From the NCBI GenBank assembly GCA_963796335.1, contig CAWCLG010000003.1, positions 129,795-193,794 on the forward strand: a stretch of 64,000 bases of DNA, in the 5' to 3' direction. Position numbers and translations under genes: made by a program. Positions within the stretch are counted from its first letter, which is position 1; each line of letters opens with the position of its first letter. This document shows, piece by piece, positions 45,756 to 54,816 of this stretch. The notes under the pieces were generated by a model. It searched no databases, was not told the origin of the DNA, and saw nothing but the letters and a program-made list of their open reading frames with translations. This DNA is from an uncultured Gemmatimonadales bacterium (GTDB lineage Bacteria > Gemmatimonadota > Gemmatimonadetes > Gemmatimonadales > GWC2-71-9).

Positions 45756-48268
45756 GCGCCGGCCAGCCGGAGGATGTCGTTCAGCACACCGGCCGCCGTC
45801 ACCTCGGCGCCCGCGCCGGGCCCGCGAATGACCAGCGGGTTGGTCTTGTAGCGCGCGGTGGTGAACACGAGCTGGTTGTCCGAGCCCTTGATCGACGCGA
45901 GCGGGCTCGATATCGGCACGGCGCGGAGACCGACCGCGATCTTCCCCGGCGTCACGGTGGCGACGTACCGCAAGACGTCGCCGCGGGCCTTCGCGGCATC
46001 GACCCGGCGCTTCCACGCGGCGTCCAGCTCCGGCAGCCGCTTGAGGAACTGGGGGAGCGGGAGACTGCGGGCCCACGGCGGCACCAGCGATTCGACCGCC
46101 TTCCGGCTCAGCTCGCCGCGGAAGCCGAGCAGCCGGCCGAGGATCAGCGCCTTGCGGCCGACGTCCATGCCGGAGAGGTCCTCCCGCGGGTCGGGCTCGG
46201 TGTAGCCGAGGCGCATCGCCGAGCGCACCGCGCGGGAGAACGGGACGCCGTCGCCGACTTCGCTCAACACGTAGCCCAGCGTGCCGGAGAGCAACCCCTC
46301 GATCCGTTCCACCCGGTCGCCCGACTCGGTGAGCTTGTGGTAGGTGTCGATGATCGGGAGGCCGGCGCCGACGGTGGCTTCGTGCAGGATCCGGCGGCCC
46401 CGGGCCTGGGCCGTCTGCCAGAGAGATTCGCTCGCCAGGCGGCGGCCGGCCAGCGGGCGCTTGTTCGCCAGGACGAGATCCATCCCGTGGGTAAGCCCGG
46501 CCTCGAGGGCGGCGCCGGTCTCGTCGGCCGTCAGATCCACCAGCACCGGCCGGGTCAGCGCATAGCCCGCAATGTGCGCGATCGCCTCCTCCGCGCTGCC
46601 GGCGCGGCCCCGCTGCGCGTCGGCGAGCCCGCGTCCCTTCCGCTTGTCCGCCGCCAGCGAGGCCAGCCGGCGCGGGCCGATCCCCTGGGGGTCGAACACG
46701 AACCCGCTGCGGTCGATCACCGCGGCGACCTTGAGTGTGAGCGCGGGGCGGCGCACCTGGCCGATCAGGGAGGCGAGGGTGCGTCCGATCTGCCCGAAGC
46801 CGAGCAGCACGATCTCCATCCGCTCGGGCCGGATGACCGCGCCGCCGGCGATGCGGGAGAGCTGAAACGCGGCGTGCACCCGCCGCTGCGCGTCGGCCGC
46901 CTGCCGCTCTTCGACCACGACCGAGATGTTGAGCTCGGACGATCCCTGCGCGATGGCCACGACGTTGATCCCGCCCGCGGCGAGCGCGGAGAATACGCCC
47001 GCCGCGATCCCCGGCGTGCCGTGCATGCCGAGGCCGACGACGGCGACGGTCGCCATGCCGGGACTGACCTCCACGCCGTCGATCTCGCGCCGGGCGATCT
47101 CGCTCTTGAACTCGCGCTCCAGCCCGTCCTTCGCGTCCTCGGCCAGGCTCTCCGGCACGCTGAAACAGATCGAGTGCTCGGAGGAAGCCTGAGAGATCAG
47201 CGAGACCGAGATCCGCCGCGCGTGGAGCGCGGCGAACGTGCGGGCGGCGATTCCGGGGACGCCGAGCATGCCGTTGCCGGTGACGGTGAGCAGCGCCTGG
47301 CCTCCGGCGGCGGTGAGCGCCTTCACCGGATTGCGGCCGGCGCCGACCCGTTCGGACACCTCGGTGCCGGGGGAGTCGGGGTCGGCGAACGGGCGGACGA
47401 AGACGGGGATCCGGCGCCCCGCCACCGGGATCAGCGCGCGAGGGTGCAGCACTTTCGCGCCGTAGTACGCCAGCTCGGCCGCCTCGCGGGCGTGGAGCTG
47501 GGGAATGACTCGCGCGTCGGGGACGACGCGGGGGTCGGCGGTGAGCAGGCCGGGGACATCCTTCCACAGCGAGACCCGCGCGGCGCCGAGGCCGCGGGCA
47601 ATGAGCGTCGCGGTGAGATCGGACCCGCCTCGTCCCAGCGTGGCGACGTCGCCGCCGGGCGTCGCGCCGATGAACCCCGGCACTACCGGCACCACGCCGC
47701 GGGCCAGGAGCGGCGCCAGCACCCGCTGCACCGCGCGGTCGGTCCGCGCGGCGTCGGGCGAGGCCTGGCCGAAGGTGGCGTCGGTGTGGATCAGATCGAG
47801 CGCATCGACGTACTTCGCCCGGGTGCCGGCCGCCTCGAGGGCCGCGGCGACCAGCCTGGCGCTCAGCCGCTCGCCGCGGGAGACGAGGTAGTCGGTGGTG
47901 CGCGGGGTCAGCTCGCGGAGCAGCCGAAGTCCCTGGGCCAGCGCCTCCAGCTCGGCGAACAGCTCGCTGATGTAGAGCAGCGCGTCGGCCCGGATCCGGC
48001 CCCCGGGAAGCAGCGAGCGCGCGACCTCCGCATGACGCGAGCGGAGCCGCGCGATGAGGGACGCGACGGTGCGCGACTCGCCGGACCCCGCCTGCTGCGC
48101 CACTTCCAGGAGCGCGTCGGTCGTCCCCGCCATCGCGGAGACGACGACGACCGTCGGCTCCGAGCGATGGCGGCGAATGATCTCGACGGCGTGGCGAACG
48201 GCGGTGGAATCGGCCAGCGACGCACCGCCGAACTTGTGGACCTGAGCCGCTCGGCGGGGACGGGGCAT
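45752..48268 (-). CDS. thrA: Bifunctional aspartate kinase / homoserine dehydrogenase, intact, 838 aa
   Basis: VHKFGGASLADSTAV, LGRGGSDLTATLIA, ACT region ISVSLISQASSEHSICFSV. HSD part: VLLGFGQIGRTLA, TVGAGLPIIDTYHKL, GILSGTLGYVL, EPDPREDLSGMDVGRKALIL. Confidence 0.9.
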   Translation of the reverse strand: MPRPRRAAQVHKFGGASLADSTAVRHAVEIIRRHRSEPTVVVVSAMAGTTDALLEVAQQAGSGESRTVASLIARLRSRHAEVARSLLPGGRIRADALLYISELFAELEALAQGLRLLRELTPRTTDYLVSRGERLSARLVAAALEAAGTRAKYVDALDLIHTDATFGQASPDAARTDRAVQRVLAPLLARGVVPVVPGFIGATPGGDVATLGRGGSDLTATLIARGLGAARVSLWKDVPGLLTADPRVVPDARVIPQLHAREAAELAYYGAKVLHPRALIPVAGRRIPVFVRPFADPDSPGTEVSERVGAGRNPVKALTAAGGQALLTVTGNGMLGVPGIAARTFAALHARRISVSLISQASSEHSICFSVPESLAEDAKDGLEREFKSEIARREIDGVEVSPGMATVAVVGLGMHGTPGIAAGVFSALAAGGINVVAIAQGSSELNISVVVEERQAADAQRRVHAAFQLSRIAGGAVIRPERMEIVLLGFGQIGRTLASLIGQVRRPALTLKVAAVIDRSGFVFDPQGIGPRRLASLAADKRKGRGLADAQRGRAGSAEEAIAHIAGYALTRPVLVDLTADETGAALEAGLTHGMDLVLANKRPLAGRRLASESLWQTAQARGRRILHEATVGAGLPIIDTYHKLTESGDRVERIEGLLSGTLGYVLSEVGDGVPFSRAVRSAMRLGYTEPDPREDLSGMDVGRKALILGRLLGFRGELSRKAVESLVPPWARSLPLPQFLKRLPELDAAWKRRVDAAKARGDVLRYVATVTPGKIAVGLRAVPISSPLASIKGSDNQLVFTTARYKTNPLVIRGPGAGAEVTAAGVLNDILRLAGA

Positions 48269-48350
48269 GGCGGGGAAGTTAGTGGAGCAGGCAGGCGTGG
48301 GGGTAGAACGGTGCGTGAAGCAGGGCGGGAGCGTTACAGGCCGTCTGCCA

Positions 48351-48462
48351 AACTGCGAACCACGGAGCCACGGAGGACGCGAAGGACGGCACGGAGAAAA
48401 ACAAAGGTTGTGTTGTTCTCCGTGCTGTCTCCGTGCCCTTCGTGGCTCCGTGGTTCGCAGTT
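48351..48462. repeat. 112-bp near-perfect palindrome built from CACGGAG heptads
   Basis: The outer 22-nt arms AACTGCGAACCACGGAGCCACG / CGTGGCTCCGTGGTTCGCAGTT are exact complements. Inner stem: GCACGGAGAA / TTCTCCGTGC. CACGGAG occurs three times in the left arm and CTCCGTG three times in the right arm. Confidence 0.8.
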
Positions 48463-48484
48463 AGTCAGCTCGCCATCGGCACCG

Positions 48485-49045
48485 ATGCTCTCGACCCCCG
48501 AGACCGCCCCACCTACTATTGACTTCATGCTCGCCCTGCTGAAGCTGATCCAGTCCATCATCAAGACCCTGCACTCGGACGGCACGCCGGGACAGGTGGC
48601 CGCGGGGATGGCGCTGGGGGCGGCGCTCGGGCTCACGCCGCTGCTCAACGCGCACAACCTGTTCGTCTTCTCGCTGATCGTGCTGCTCAACGTGTCCTTC
48701 GGCGGGGCGATGCTGGGGTGGGCGCTGTTCGTGCCGCTGGGATTCATCCTCGATCCGCTCTTCCACGCGATCGGCCTCTCGCTGCTCGAGGCGCCCTCGC
48801 TGCGGGACCTGTGGACCGGGATGTACAACACGCCGCTGGTCCCCTATACCAACTTCAACAACTCGGTCGTGCTGGGCAGCGTGGTGGGGTGGCTCGCGCT
48901 CAGTGTCCCGATCTTCTTCGCCGCCCGCTGGGGCGTGGCCCGCTATCGCGCCACCATCGGCGCCCGGGTGCAGCAGTCGAAGTTCTACAAGGCACTGACC
49001 GCGTCGAAGGTCTACAACGTCTATCGCCTCTTCCGGCCGGAGTGA
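48485..49045 (+). CDS. Small polytopic membrane protein, DUF2062/TIGR03546-like (tentative)
   Basis: Intact ORF. KTLHSDGTPGQVAAGMALGAALGLTPLLNAHNLFVFSLIVLLNVSFGGAMLGWALFVPLGFILDP. An alternative ATG lies at 48527. The stop is 4 nt before the next ATG. Confidence 0.6.
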   Translation: MLSTPETAPPTIDFMLALLKLIQSIIKTLHSDGTPGQVAAGMALGAALGLTPLLNAHNLFVFSLIVLLNVSFGGAMLGWALFVPLGFILDPLFHAIGLSLLEAPSLRDLWTGMYNTPLVPYTNFNNSVVLGSVVGWLALSVPIFFAARWGVARYRATIGARVQQSKFYKALTASKVYNVYRLFRPE

Positions 49046-49049
49046 GGCG

Positions 49050-50882
49050 ATGAAGCTCAAGATCTTCCGCTGGAAGGCGATCGGTCCGCTGCTCCTGTTC
49101 CTCCTCCTCATCGGCGTGCTGCTCTGGCTCTTCGCCGAGCCGGTGGCGAAGGACACCACCGAGGAGGTGAGCACCGAGCTGCTGGGCACCCAGGTGGATA
49201 TCGGGAAGCTCGACATCATCGCCGGGGAGGCGGCGGTTGACATCCGCGAGCTCCAGGTCGCCGACCCGTTCGACGTCAACAAGAACCTGGTCGAGGCGGC
49301 GGACATCCGGCTCAAGCTCAATCCGCTGGCGCTGGCGGAGAAGAAATTCGTGGTGGAGACCTTCCGGCTCAGCGGGATGCGGTTCGGCACCGCGCGGAAG
49401 ACGCCGGCGAAGCCGGTCGAGGGCGACGGGTTCGCGCCGCAGGCGCTGCGCTCGGTGCGGCAGTGGGCCCAGCAGTTCGACGTCCCCATCCTCAAGCTGA
49501 CCCCGATCGACACCGTGAAGCAGCTGGTGCTCAATCCGACCCAGCTCAGCAGCGTGCAGGCGGCGCAGGCGCTGGCCGCGCGGACCGACTCGGCGCGGCG
49601 CGCGCTGGAGGGGACCTTCCAGCAGCTCGACGTGAAGGGGACGGTCGATACCGCGCAGACGCTCGTCGCGCGGCTCAAGGGCACCAATCCGCGCGCGCTC
49701 GGCATCGACGGGACCAAGCGGGCCATCGACGACACCAGGGCGACACTCAAGCGGCTGGAGGACGCGAAGAGACGGCTCGCCGCCGTGGAGCAGCAGGTGA
49801 AGGGCGGCGTCGGCTCGCTCTCGACCGGTCTCCAGAACCTCGACGCGGCCCGGCGGAAGGACTACGCCTTCGCTCGCGGGCTGCTCAAGCTGCCCACCTT
49901 CTCCGCGCCGGAGATCGGGAGCGCGTTCTTCGGCAAGGTCAGCATCGACCGGTTCCAGCAGGCCATGTACTACACGGACCTGGCCCGGCACTACATGCCC
50001 GCGGGGCTGCTGCCGCGGGAGGAGCCGGGCCCCAAGCGGCTGCGGATGGACGGGAAGACCATCGGTTTTCCGAAGGAGCGGGACTGGCCCAAGTTCCTGA
50101 TGCAGGTGGGGCAGATCGATCTGGCGATCGGCGGGGACAGCCCGCTGCGCGGCGCCTACGAGGCGGTGGTGCAGGGGCTCACGTCCGATCCGTCGCTCTA
50201 CGGCAAGCCGACCGTGGTGCGCACCAGCCGGACCGCGGCGGGCAGCGCGATCGCGGCGATCGATGTCGGCGCCGTCATCGACCACGTGCGGCCGGACCGG
50301 GTGCGCGACTCGGTGGGCGCGCGGCTCCGGGGCGTCAAGCTGCCGGATATCAGGGTGCCGGAGCTGCCGTTCACCCTGCGGCCGGGCACCGGGGCCGCCA
50401 ACCTCAATTTCGCGCTGAGGAACGACCAGGTGCTGGGACGGTGGTCCATCGGGTCGGAGAAAGTCGCCTGGACGCTCGACAGCGCCGGGCGCAAGCTCAA
50501 CGACCTGGAACAGATCGTCTGGCGCGTGGTCTCAGGGCTGGGCCGGCTCTCGGTGGATGCCCGGGTCAGCGGGCCGATGAAGTCGCCCAGGCTGGCGGTC
50601 TCCAGCAACCTCGACCGGGCGATCGCCGAGCGGCTGGAGGCGGTCATCGGGGAGGAAGTGGCGAAGGCGGAGAAGATGGTCCGAGCCAAGGTCGACAGTG
50701 CCGTGGCCTCGAAGGTCGAGCCGGTGAAGCGGCAGGTGGCCGACGTCCGCACCAAGGCGGAGCAGCGGCTCGGCGCGGACCGGAAGCAGCTGGACGACGT
50801 CGAGAAGCAGCTCCAGGCAGAGCTCAAACGCCTCACCACCGGACTGGCCCCGGGCATCAAGCTGCCCAAGCTGGGCATCTAG
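49050..50882 (+). CDS. 610-aa N-terminally anchored hypothetical protein (TIGR03545/AsmA-like, tentative)
   Basis: Intact ORF. TM: WKAIGPLLLFLLLIGVLLWLF. It has long helical/coiled regions and a C-terminal coiled coil: KVDSAVASKVEPVKRQVADVRTKAEQRLGADRKQLDDVEKQLQAELKRL. Confidence 0.55.
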   Translation: MKLKIFRWKAIGPLLLFLLLIGVLLWLFAEPVAKDTTEEVSTELLGTQVDIGKLDIIAGEAAVDIRELQVADPFDVNKNLVEAADIRLKLNPLALAEKKFVVETFRLSGMRFGTARKTPAKPVEGDGFAPQALRSVRQWAQQFDVPILKLTPIDTVKQLVLNPTQLSSVQAAQALAARTDSARRALEGTFQQLDVKGTVDTAQTLVARLKGTNPRALGIDGTKRAIDDTRATLKRLEDAKRRLAAVEQQVKGGVGSLSTGLQNLDAARRKDYAFARGLLKLPTFSAPEIGSAFFGKVSIDRFQQAMYYTDLARHYMPAGLLPREEPGPKRLRMDGKTIGFPKERDWPKFLMQVGQIDLAIGGDSPLRGAYEAVVQGLTSDPSLYGKPTVVRTSRTAAGSAIAAIDVGAVIDHVRPDRVRDSVGARLRGVKLPDIRVPELPFTLRPGTGAANLNFALRNDQVLGRWSIGSEKVAWTLDSAGRKLNDLEQIVWRVVSGLGRLSVDARVSGPMKSPRLAVSSNLDRAIAERLEAVIGEEVAKAEKMVRAKVDSAVASKVEPVKRQVADVRTKAEQRLGADRKQLDDVEKQLQAELKRLTTGLAPGIKLPKLGI

Positions 50883-50957
50883 TCCGGTACGGAGGGCTCT
50901 GGCCGGTCTCGCCGTCGTGGATATGTTTGCACGACCCCATCCTGAAGCGGAGCTCCG

Positions 50958-52109
50958 ATGCGCATCGCTGTACCCAAGGAAACCGCCCCGGGCGAGCGGC
51001 GCGTCGCGCTGGTCCCCGAGTCCGCCAAGAAGCTGATCCAGGCGGGCTACGAGGTCGCGGTCGAGTCCGGAGCGGGGGACGCCGCCGGATACCCCGATGC
51101 CGGATACCGCGAGGCCGGCGCGACGATCGAGAGCGATCCGGCCGCCCTGCTCGGCGCGGCGGACCTGGTGCTCCGGGTGGGCCCCCCGCCGACCGGCGGC
51201 GGGCGCGACGAAGTGAGCTGGATGCGCCCGGGCGCGATCTGTCTCGGGTCCCTGATGCCGCTCCGAAATTTCGACGCCGTCCGCGCGCTCGCCTCCCGCC
51301 GGATCACCGCCTTCTCCACCGACGCCATCCCGCGCACCACCCGGGCCCAGTCCATGGACACCCTGTCGTCCATGGCGAACATCGCGGGCTACAAGGGCGC
51401 CCTCCTCGCCGCCGGCGAGCTCAACAAGTACTTCCCGATGCTCATGACCGCGGCGGGCATGGTCCCGCCGGCGAAGGTCTTCGTGATCGGCGCCGCGGTC
51501 GCCGGGCTCCAGGCGATCGCGACCGCGAAGCGGCTCGGCGCCAACGTGGTCGCGACCGACGTGCGGCCCGAGGTGAAGGAGCAGATCGAGAGCGTCGGCG
51601 GGAAATACGTCGGCATCGAGCTGGGCGAGGCGGCCTCCGCCGGCGGGGGCTACGCCAAGGAGCTGTCCGAGGCCGACCAGGCGCGGCAGCGGGAGCTGCT
51701 CGCGGCCCAGGTGGCGCAGTCCGATGTGGTGATCACCACCGCGCTCATCGGCGGCGTGTTCGCGCCGAAGCTGCTGACCGCGGAGATGGTGCGGAGCATG
51801 AAGCCGGGCGCGGTGGTGGTGGATCTCGCGGCCGACGGCGGCGGCAACTGCGAGCTGTCGAAGCCGGGTGAGACGACGCGGGTCGGCGCGGTCACCATCA
51901 TGGCGCCGCTCAACCTGGCCGCGTCGCTGCCGCTCCACGCCAGCCTGCTGTTCTCCCGCAACATCACCGCGTTCGTGCTGGCGTTCACCAAGGACAAAAG
52001 CTTCCAGCTCGACTTCACCGACGACATCCAGCAGGGCGCGATCATCACCCACGAGGGTGAGGTGAAGCACGCCCGCACGCGCGATGCGTTGCAGAAAGGC
52101 GCCGCATGA
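50958..52109 (+). CDS. pntAA: NAD(P) transhydrogenase subunit alpha, part 1 (dI)
   Basis: MRIAVPKETAPGERRVALVPES, SSMANIAGYKGALLAA, VFVIGAAVAGLQAIATAKRLGA, VVDLAADGGGNCE. Intact, 383 aa. Confidence 0.9.
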   Translation: MRIAVPKETAPGERRVALVPESAKKLIQAGYEVAVESGAGDAAGYPDAGYREAGATIESDPAALLGAADLVLRVGPPPTGGGRDEVSWMRPGAICLGSLMPLRNFDAVRALASRRITAFSTDAIPRTTRAQSMDTLSSMANIAGYKGALLAAGELNKYFPMLMTAAGMVPPAKVFVIGAAVAGLQAIATAKRLGANVVATDVRPEVKEQIESVGGKYVGIELGEAASAGGGYAKELSEADQARQRELLAAQVAQSDVVITTALIGGVFAPKLLTAEMVRSMKPGAVVVDLAADGGGNCELSKPGETTRVGAVTIMAPLNLAASLPLHASLLFSRNITAFVLAFTKDKSFQLDFTDDIQQGAIITHEGEVKHARTRDALQKGAA

Positions 52110-52453
52110 TCATCGAGACTGCCGCACCGGCCGTCGCGGCCGCGGCGGACACCGCCGATCTCTGGTCCCAGATCTACGTGTTCGCCCTAGCCACGTTCAT
52201 CGGGCTGGGCGTGATCCGCCGAGTGTCGCGGCTGCTGCACACGCCGCTGATGTCGCTGACCAACGCCATCTCGGCGATCGCGGTCGTCGGCGCGATCCTG
52301 GTGGCGGGCCCCGACTACCCGGTCGAGATCCGGATCCTGGGCGCGATCGCGGTGTTCGCCTCGATGACGAACATCGTGAGCGGGTTCCTGATCACCCATC
52401 GGATGCTCAAGATGTTCAAGACCGATAAGAAGACCGACGGCGGGCACCCATGA
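52106..52453 (+). CDS. pntAB: NAD(P) transhydrogenase subunit alpha, part 2 (membrane dII-alpha)
   Basis: 115 aa, 3-4 TM. LHTPLMSLTNAISAIAVVGAIL, FASMTNIVSGFLITHRMLKMF. ATGA overlaps occur at both ends. Confidence 0.85.
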   Translation: MIIETAAPAVAAAADTADLWSQIYVFALATFIGLGVIRRVSRLLHTPLMSLTNAISAIAVVGAILVAGPDYPVEIRILGAIAVFASMTNIVSGFLITHRMLKMFKTDKKTDGGHP

Positions 52454-53859
52454 TCGGCGGACTGGTCCAGCTCGCGTACCTGGTCGCCACCGGGCTCTTC
52501 GTCTTCGCGCTGCACTGGATGAACACGCCGGCGACGGCACGTCGCGGCGTGTATGCCGGCGTGATCGGCATGGCGCTGGCCGTGGCGGCGACCTGGGCCC
52601 AGCCCGAGGTGGTGCACCATCTCTGGATCGTCATCGCGGTGGTGGCCGGCTTCGCGGTCGGCGTCCCGCTGTCGCGGGTGCCGCTCACCGCGGTGCCGCA
52701 GCGAACCGCGCTGTCCCACGCGTTCGGCGGACTCGCGGCAGGCCTGGTGGGTACCGCGAAGTTCTACCTGTGGTACGGCGAGGGCTCGGAGCATCTGACC
52801 GCGTTCCGGACGACCGCCATCATCGCGGAGGTGCTGCTCGGCTTCCTGACGTTCACCGGCAGTCTCATGGCGGCGGGGAAGCTGCAGGAGGTGAAGTGGA
52901 TCCCCCAGCGGCCGGTGACCTATCCGCTGCAGAACTTCACCAACATCGGTCTGCTGCTCGGCGCCGCCGTGTTGGGTGTGGCCGTCGTGCTCCAGCCGGA
53001 TGCGGTCTGGGCGCCGGTGGCCTTCGCGCTCATCGTGGTGCTCTCACTGCTGTTCGGGGTGCTGCTGATCATCCCGATCGGCGGCGCGGACATGCCGACG
53101 GTCATCGCGATCCTGAACTCGTACGCCGGCCTCGCCGCCGTGGCGATGGGCTTCGTGTTGGACAACAAGCTGCTGATCACCGCCGGCGCGCTGGACGGCT
53201 CCAGCGGCCTCATCCTCGCCGTCATCATGTGCAAGGCGATGAACCGCTCGTTCACCAACGTCCTGTTCGGGGCCTTTGGCCAGGTGCAGCAGGCGAAGGC
53301 CGGCGGCGAGGAGCGTCTCTATAAGGCGGAGTCCATCGAAGGCGCGGGGCAGGTGCTGGAGCAGGCCAACCTGGTGGTGATCGTGCCGGGCTACGGCATG
53401 GCCGTCGCCCAGGCGCAGCACAAGGTGCGGGAGCTGTACGACCAGCTCAAGAAGCGAGGGATCGCGGTGAAGTTCGCGATCCACCCGGTGGCCGGGCGGA
53501 TGCCGGGGCACATGAACGTGCTGCTGGCCGAGGCGGATATCCCCTACACCGACCTGGTGGAGATGGATGAGATCAACCCGGACATGCCGCAGGTGGATGT
53601 GGCGCTGGTAGTGGGGGCGAACGACGTGGTGAACCCGGCCGCTCGCTCGGATAAGAGCAGCCCGATCTACGGGATGCCGATCATCGACGCGGACCGGGCG
53701 AGGACGGTGTTCGCGATCAAGCGGAGCAAGAATCCGGGGTTCGCGGGGATCGACAACGAGCTTTACTTTTCGGACAAGACCTGGATGTTGTTCGGGGATG
53801 CGAAGAACGTGATCGGCGAGCTGGTGAAGCAGATGTCGGGCGGGAGCGGGATGCACTGA
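52450..53859 (+). CDS. pntB: NAD(P) transhydrogenase subunit beta
   Basis: 469 aa, N-terminal polytopic domain. dIII motifs: VIVPGYGMAVAQAQH, HPVAGRMPGHMNVLLAEA, VVGANDVVNPAA, PIYGMPI. Confidence 0.9.
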   Translation: MIGGLVQLAYLVATGLFVFALHWMNTPATARRGVYAGVIGMALAVAATWAQPEVVHHLWIVIAVVAGFAVGVPLSRVPLTAVPQRTALSHAFGGLAAGLVGTAKFYLWYGEGSEHLTAFRTTAIIAEVLLGFLTFTGSLMAAGKLQEVKWIPQRPVTYPLQNFTNIGLLLGAAVLGVAVVLQPDAVWAPVAFALIVVLSLLFGVLLIIPIGGADMPTVIAILNSYAGLAAVAMGFVLDNKLLITAGALDGSSGLILAVIMCKAMNRSFTNVLFGAFGQVQQAKAGGEERLYKAESIEGAGQVLEQANLVVIVPGYGMAVAQAQHKVRELYDQLKKRGIAVKFAIHPVAGRMPGHMNVLLAEADIPYTDLVEMDEINPDMPQVDVALVVGANDVVNPAARSDKSSPIYGMPIIDADRARTVFAIKRSKNPGFAGIDNELYFSDKTWMLFGDAKNVIGELVKQMSGGSGMH

Positions 53860-53986
53860 GGCTGGCCGGGCGGAGTAGCGACATCGGGCGACCATCCTGT
53901 TAAGAATGCCGGTTCGCTGCCCATATGCTGGACCGCGTCCGCGATCGCCGAGCGCCCTTTCAAAAATGCCAATGGAGAATCGACAT

Positions 53987-54634
53987 ATGCGCGGGACCCT
54001 GACCGGCACCATCTCCCTGTCCATGCTCCTCGCCGCGCCCGCGGTGGCGCAGGGGAACGACTGTCTCGCCGGCCTCAAGATGCCGCCGGTCGGACAGTGG
54101 GCGGAGTATCAGGGGACGATGAGCAAGAAGCCCTACACCATGCGGTACGCGGTGGTGGGCGAGGAGGAGCGGGACGGGAAGAAGCTGAAGTGGCTCGAGC
54201 TCAAGATGACTGGCGAAAAGCCGGACCGGAACTCGATCTTTCAGGTCCTCACCCCCGGAACCCCGGCGGACATGGACCAGGCCGTAGAGGCGATCATGAA
54301 GAGCGGCAGCAACCCCCCCATGAAGATCAGCGCCGCCATGATGGGCATGATCAAGGGCCAGCTCGGCAAGAACTCGGTATTCAGTAACATGTGCGAGGGC
54401 GTGACCGTGGGCGGGGAAGAATCCGTGACGGTCCCCGCCGGGACCTTCACGGCCATCAAGTATCACAACGAAAAACACAACAACGACACCTGGGTGGTCC
54501 CCGACCGGCCCTTCGTGATGGTCAAGTCGGTGGGGAAAAACTTCGAGATGAGCCTGACGTCCAGCGGCGGTGGTGCGACGTCATCCATTACCGAGACCCC
54601 GAGGGAGATGCCGGGGTTGGGGCCGTCCAAATAG
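53987..54634 (+). CDS. Secreted hypothetical protein, Lys/Met-rich, family not recognised
   Basis: ATG at 53987 with GGAGA 8 nt upstream. Signal peptide: MRGTLTGTISLSMLLAAPAVAQG. Composition appears visibly less GC-biased than its neighbours. Confidence 0.6.
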   Translation: MRGTLTGTISLSMLLAAPAVAQGNDCLAGLKMPPVGQWAEYQGTMSKKPYTMRYAVVGEEERDGKKLKWLELKMTGEKPDRNSIFQVLTPGTPADMDQAVEAIMKSGSNPPMKISAAMMGMIKGQLGKNSVFSNMCEGVTVGGEESVTVPAGTFTAIKYHNEKHNNDTWVVPDRPFVMVKSVGKNFEMSLTSSGGGATSSITETPREMPGLGPSK

Positions 54635-54787
54635 GGGGATCCCCTATCGCGCCTTCAGTAAGGTTTCTCTCCTAAGACTCGCTGCCTGCCAAAGTTGCAG
54701 GCACCTTTGGCCGCACATCACATAGCTGCTGTGGCCCGGGTCGACTGCGCGCAAATTGCCATCCCGTCACGGTTTAGCCCTAAGGTG

Positions 54788-54816
54788 TTGATTTTTCGTA
54801 TCTTAGGTGTTAAGTT
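54788..54816 (+). promoter_or_regulatory. Candidate sigma-70-type promoter upstream of the sigma factor gene
   Basis: TTGATT - 17 nt - TAAGTT. It is flanked by the direct repeat CTAAGGTGTT / CTTAGGTGTT. Confidence 0.35.

Noticed and set aside
44799-47567. 922-aa ORF on the - strand
   Set aside because: Only the final 318 codons (thrB) carry conserved motifs. Upstream it is an out-of-frame overlap with thrA and has low-complexity R/P/G composition.
48269-48484. Threonine-operon leader peptide or attenuator upstream of thrA
   Set aside because: The only short ORF on the thrA strand is M-A-S-stop. The hairpin region contains just two Thr codons and no Thr/Ile run, and no U-tract follows the hairpin.
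46337-49045. 902-aa ORF on the + strand
   Set aside because: Its first ~2.1 kb is antisense to the well-supported thrA and is Arg/Gly/Pro-rich shadow sequence typical of high-GC DNA. Only the last ~187 codons (48485-49045) look like a real membrane protein.
49463-51871. 802-aa ORF (+), and the antisense 512-aa ORF at 50532..52070 (-)
   Set aside because: They overlap the intact 610-aa gene and pntAA in other frames. Their composition is R/G/A/P-dominated with no motifs, so they are high-GC shadow ORFs.
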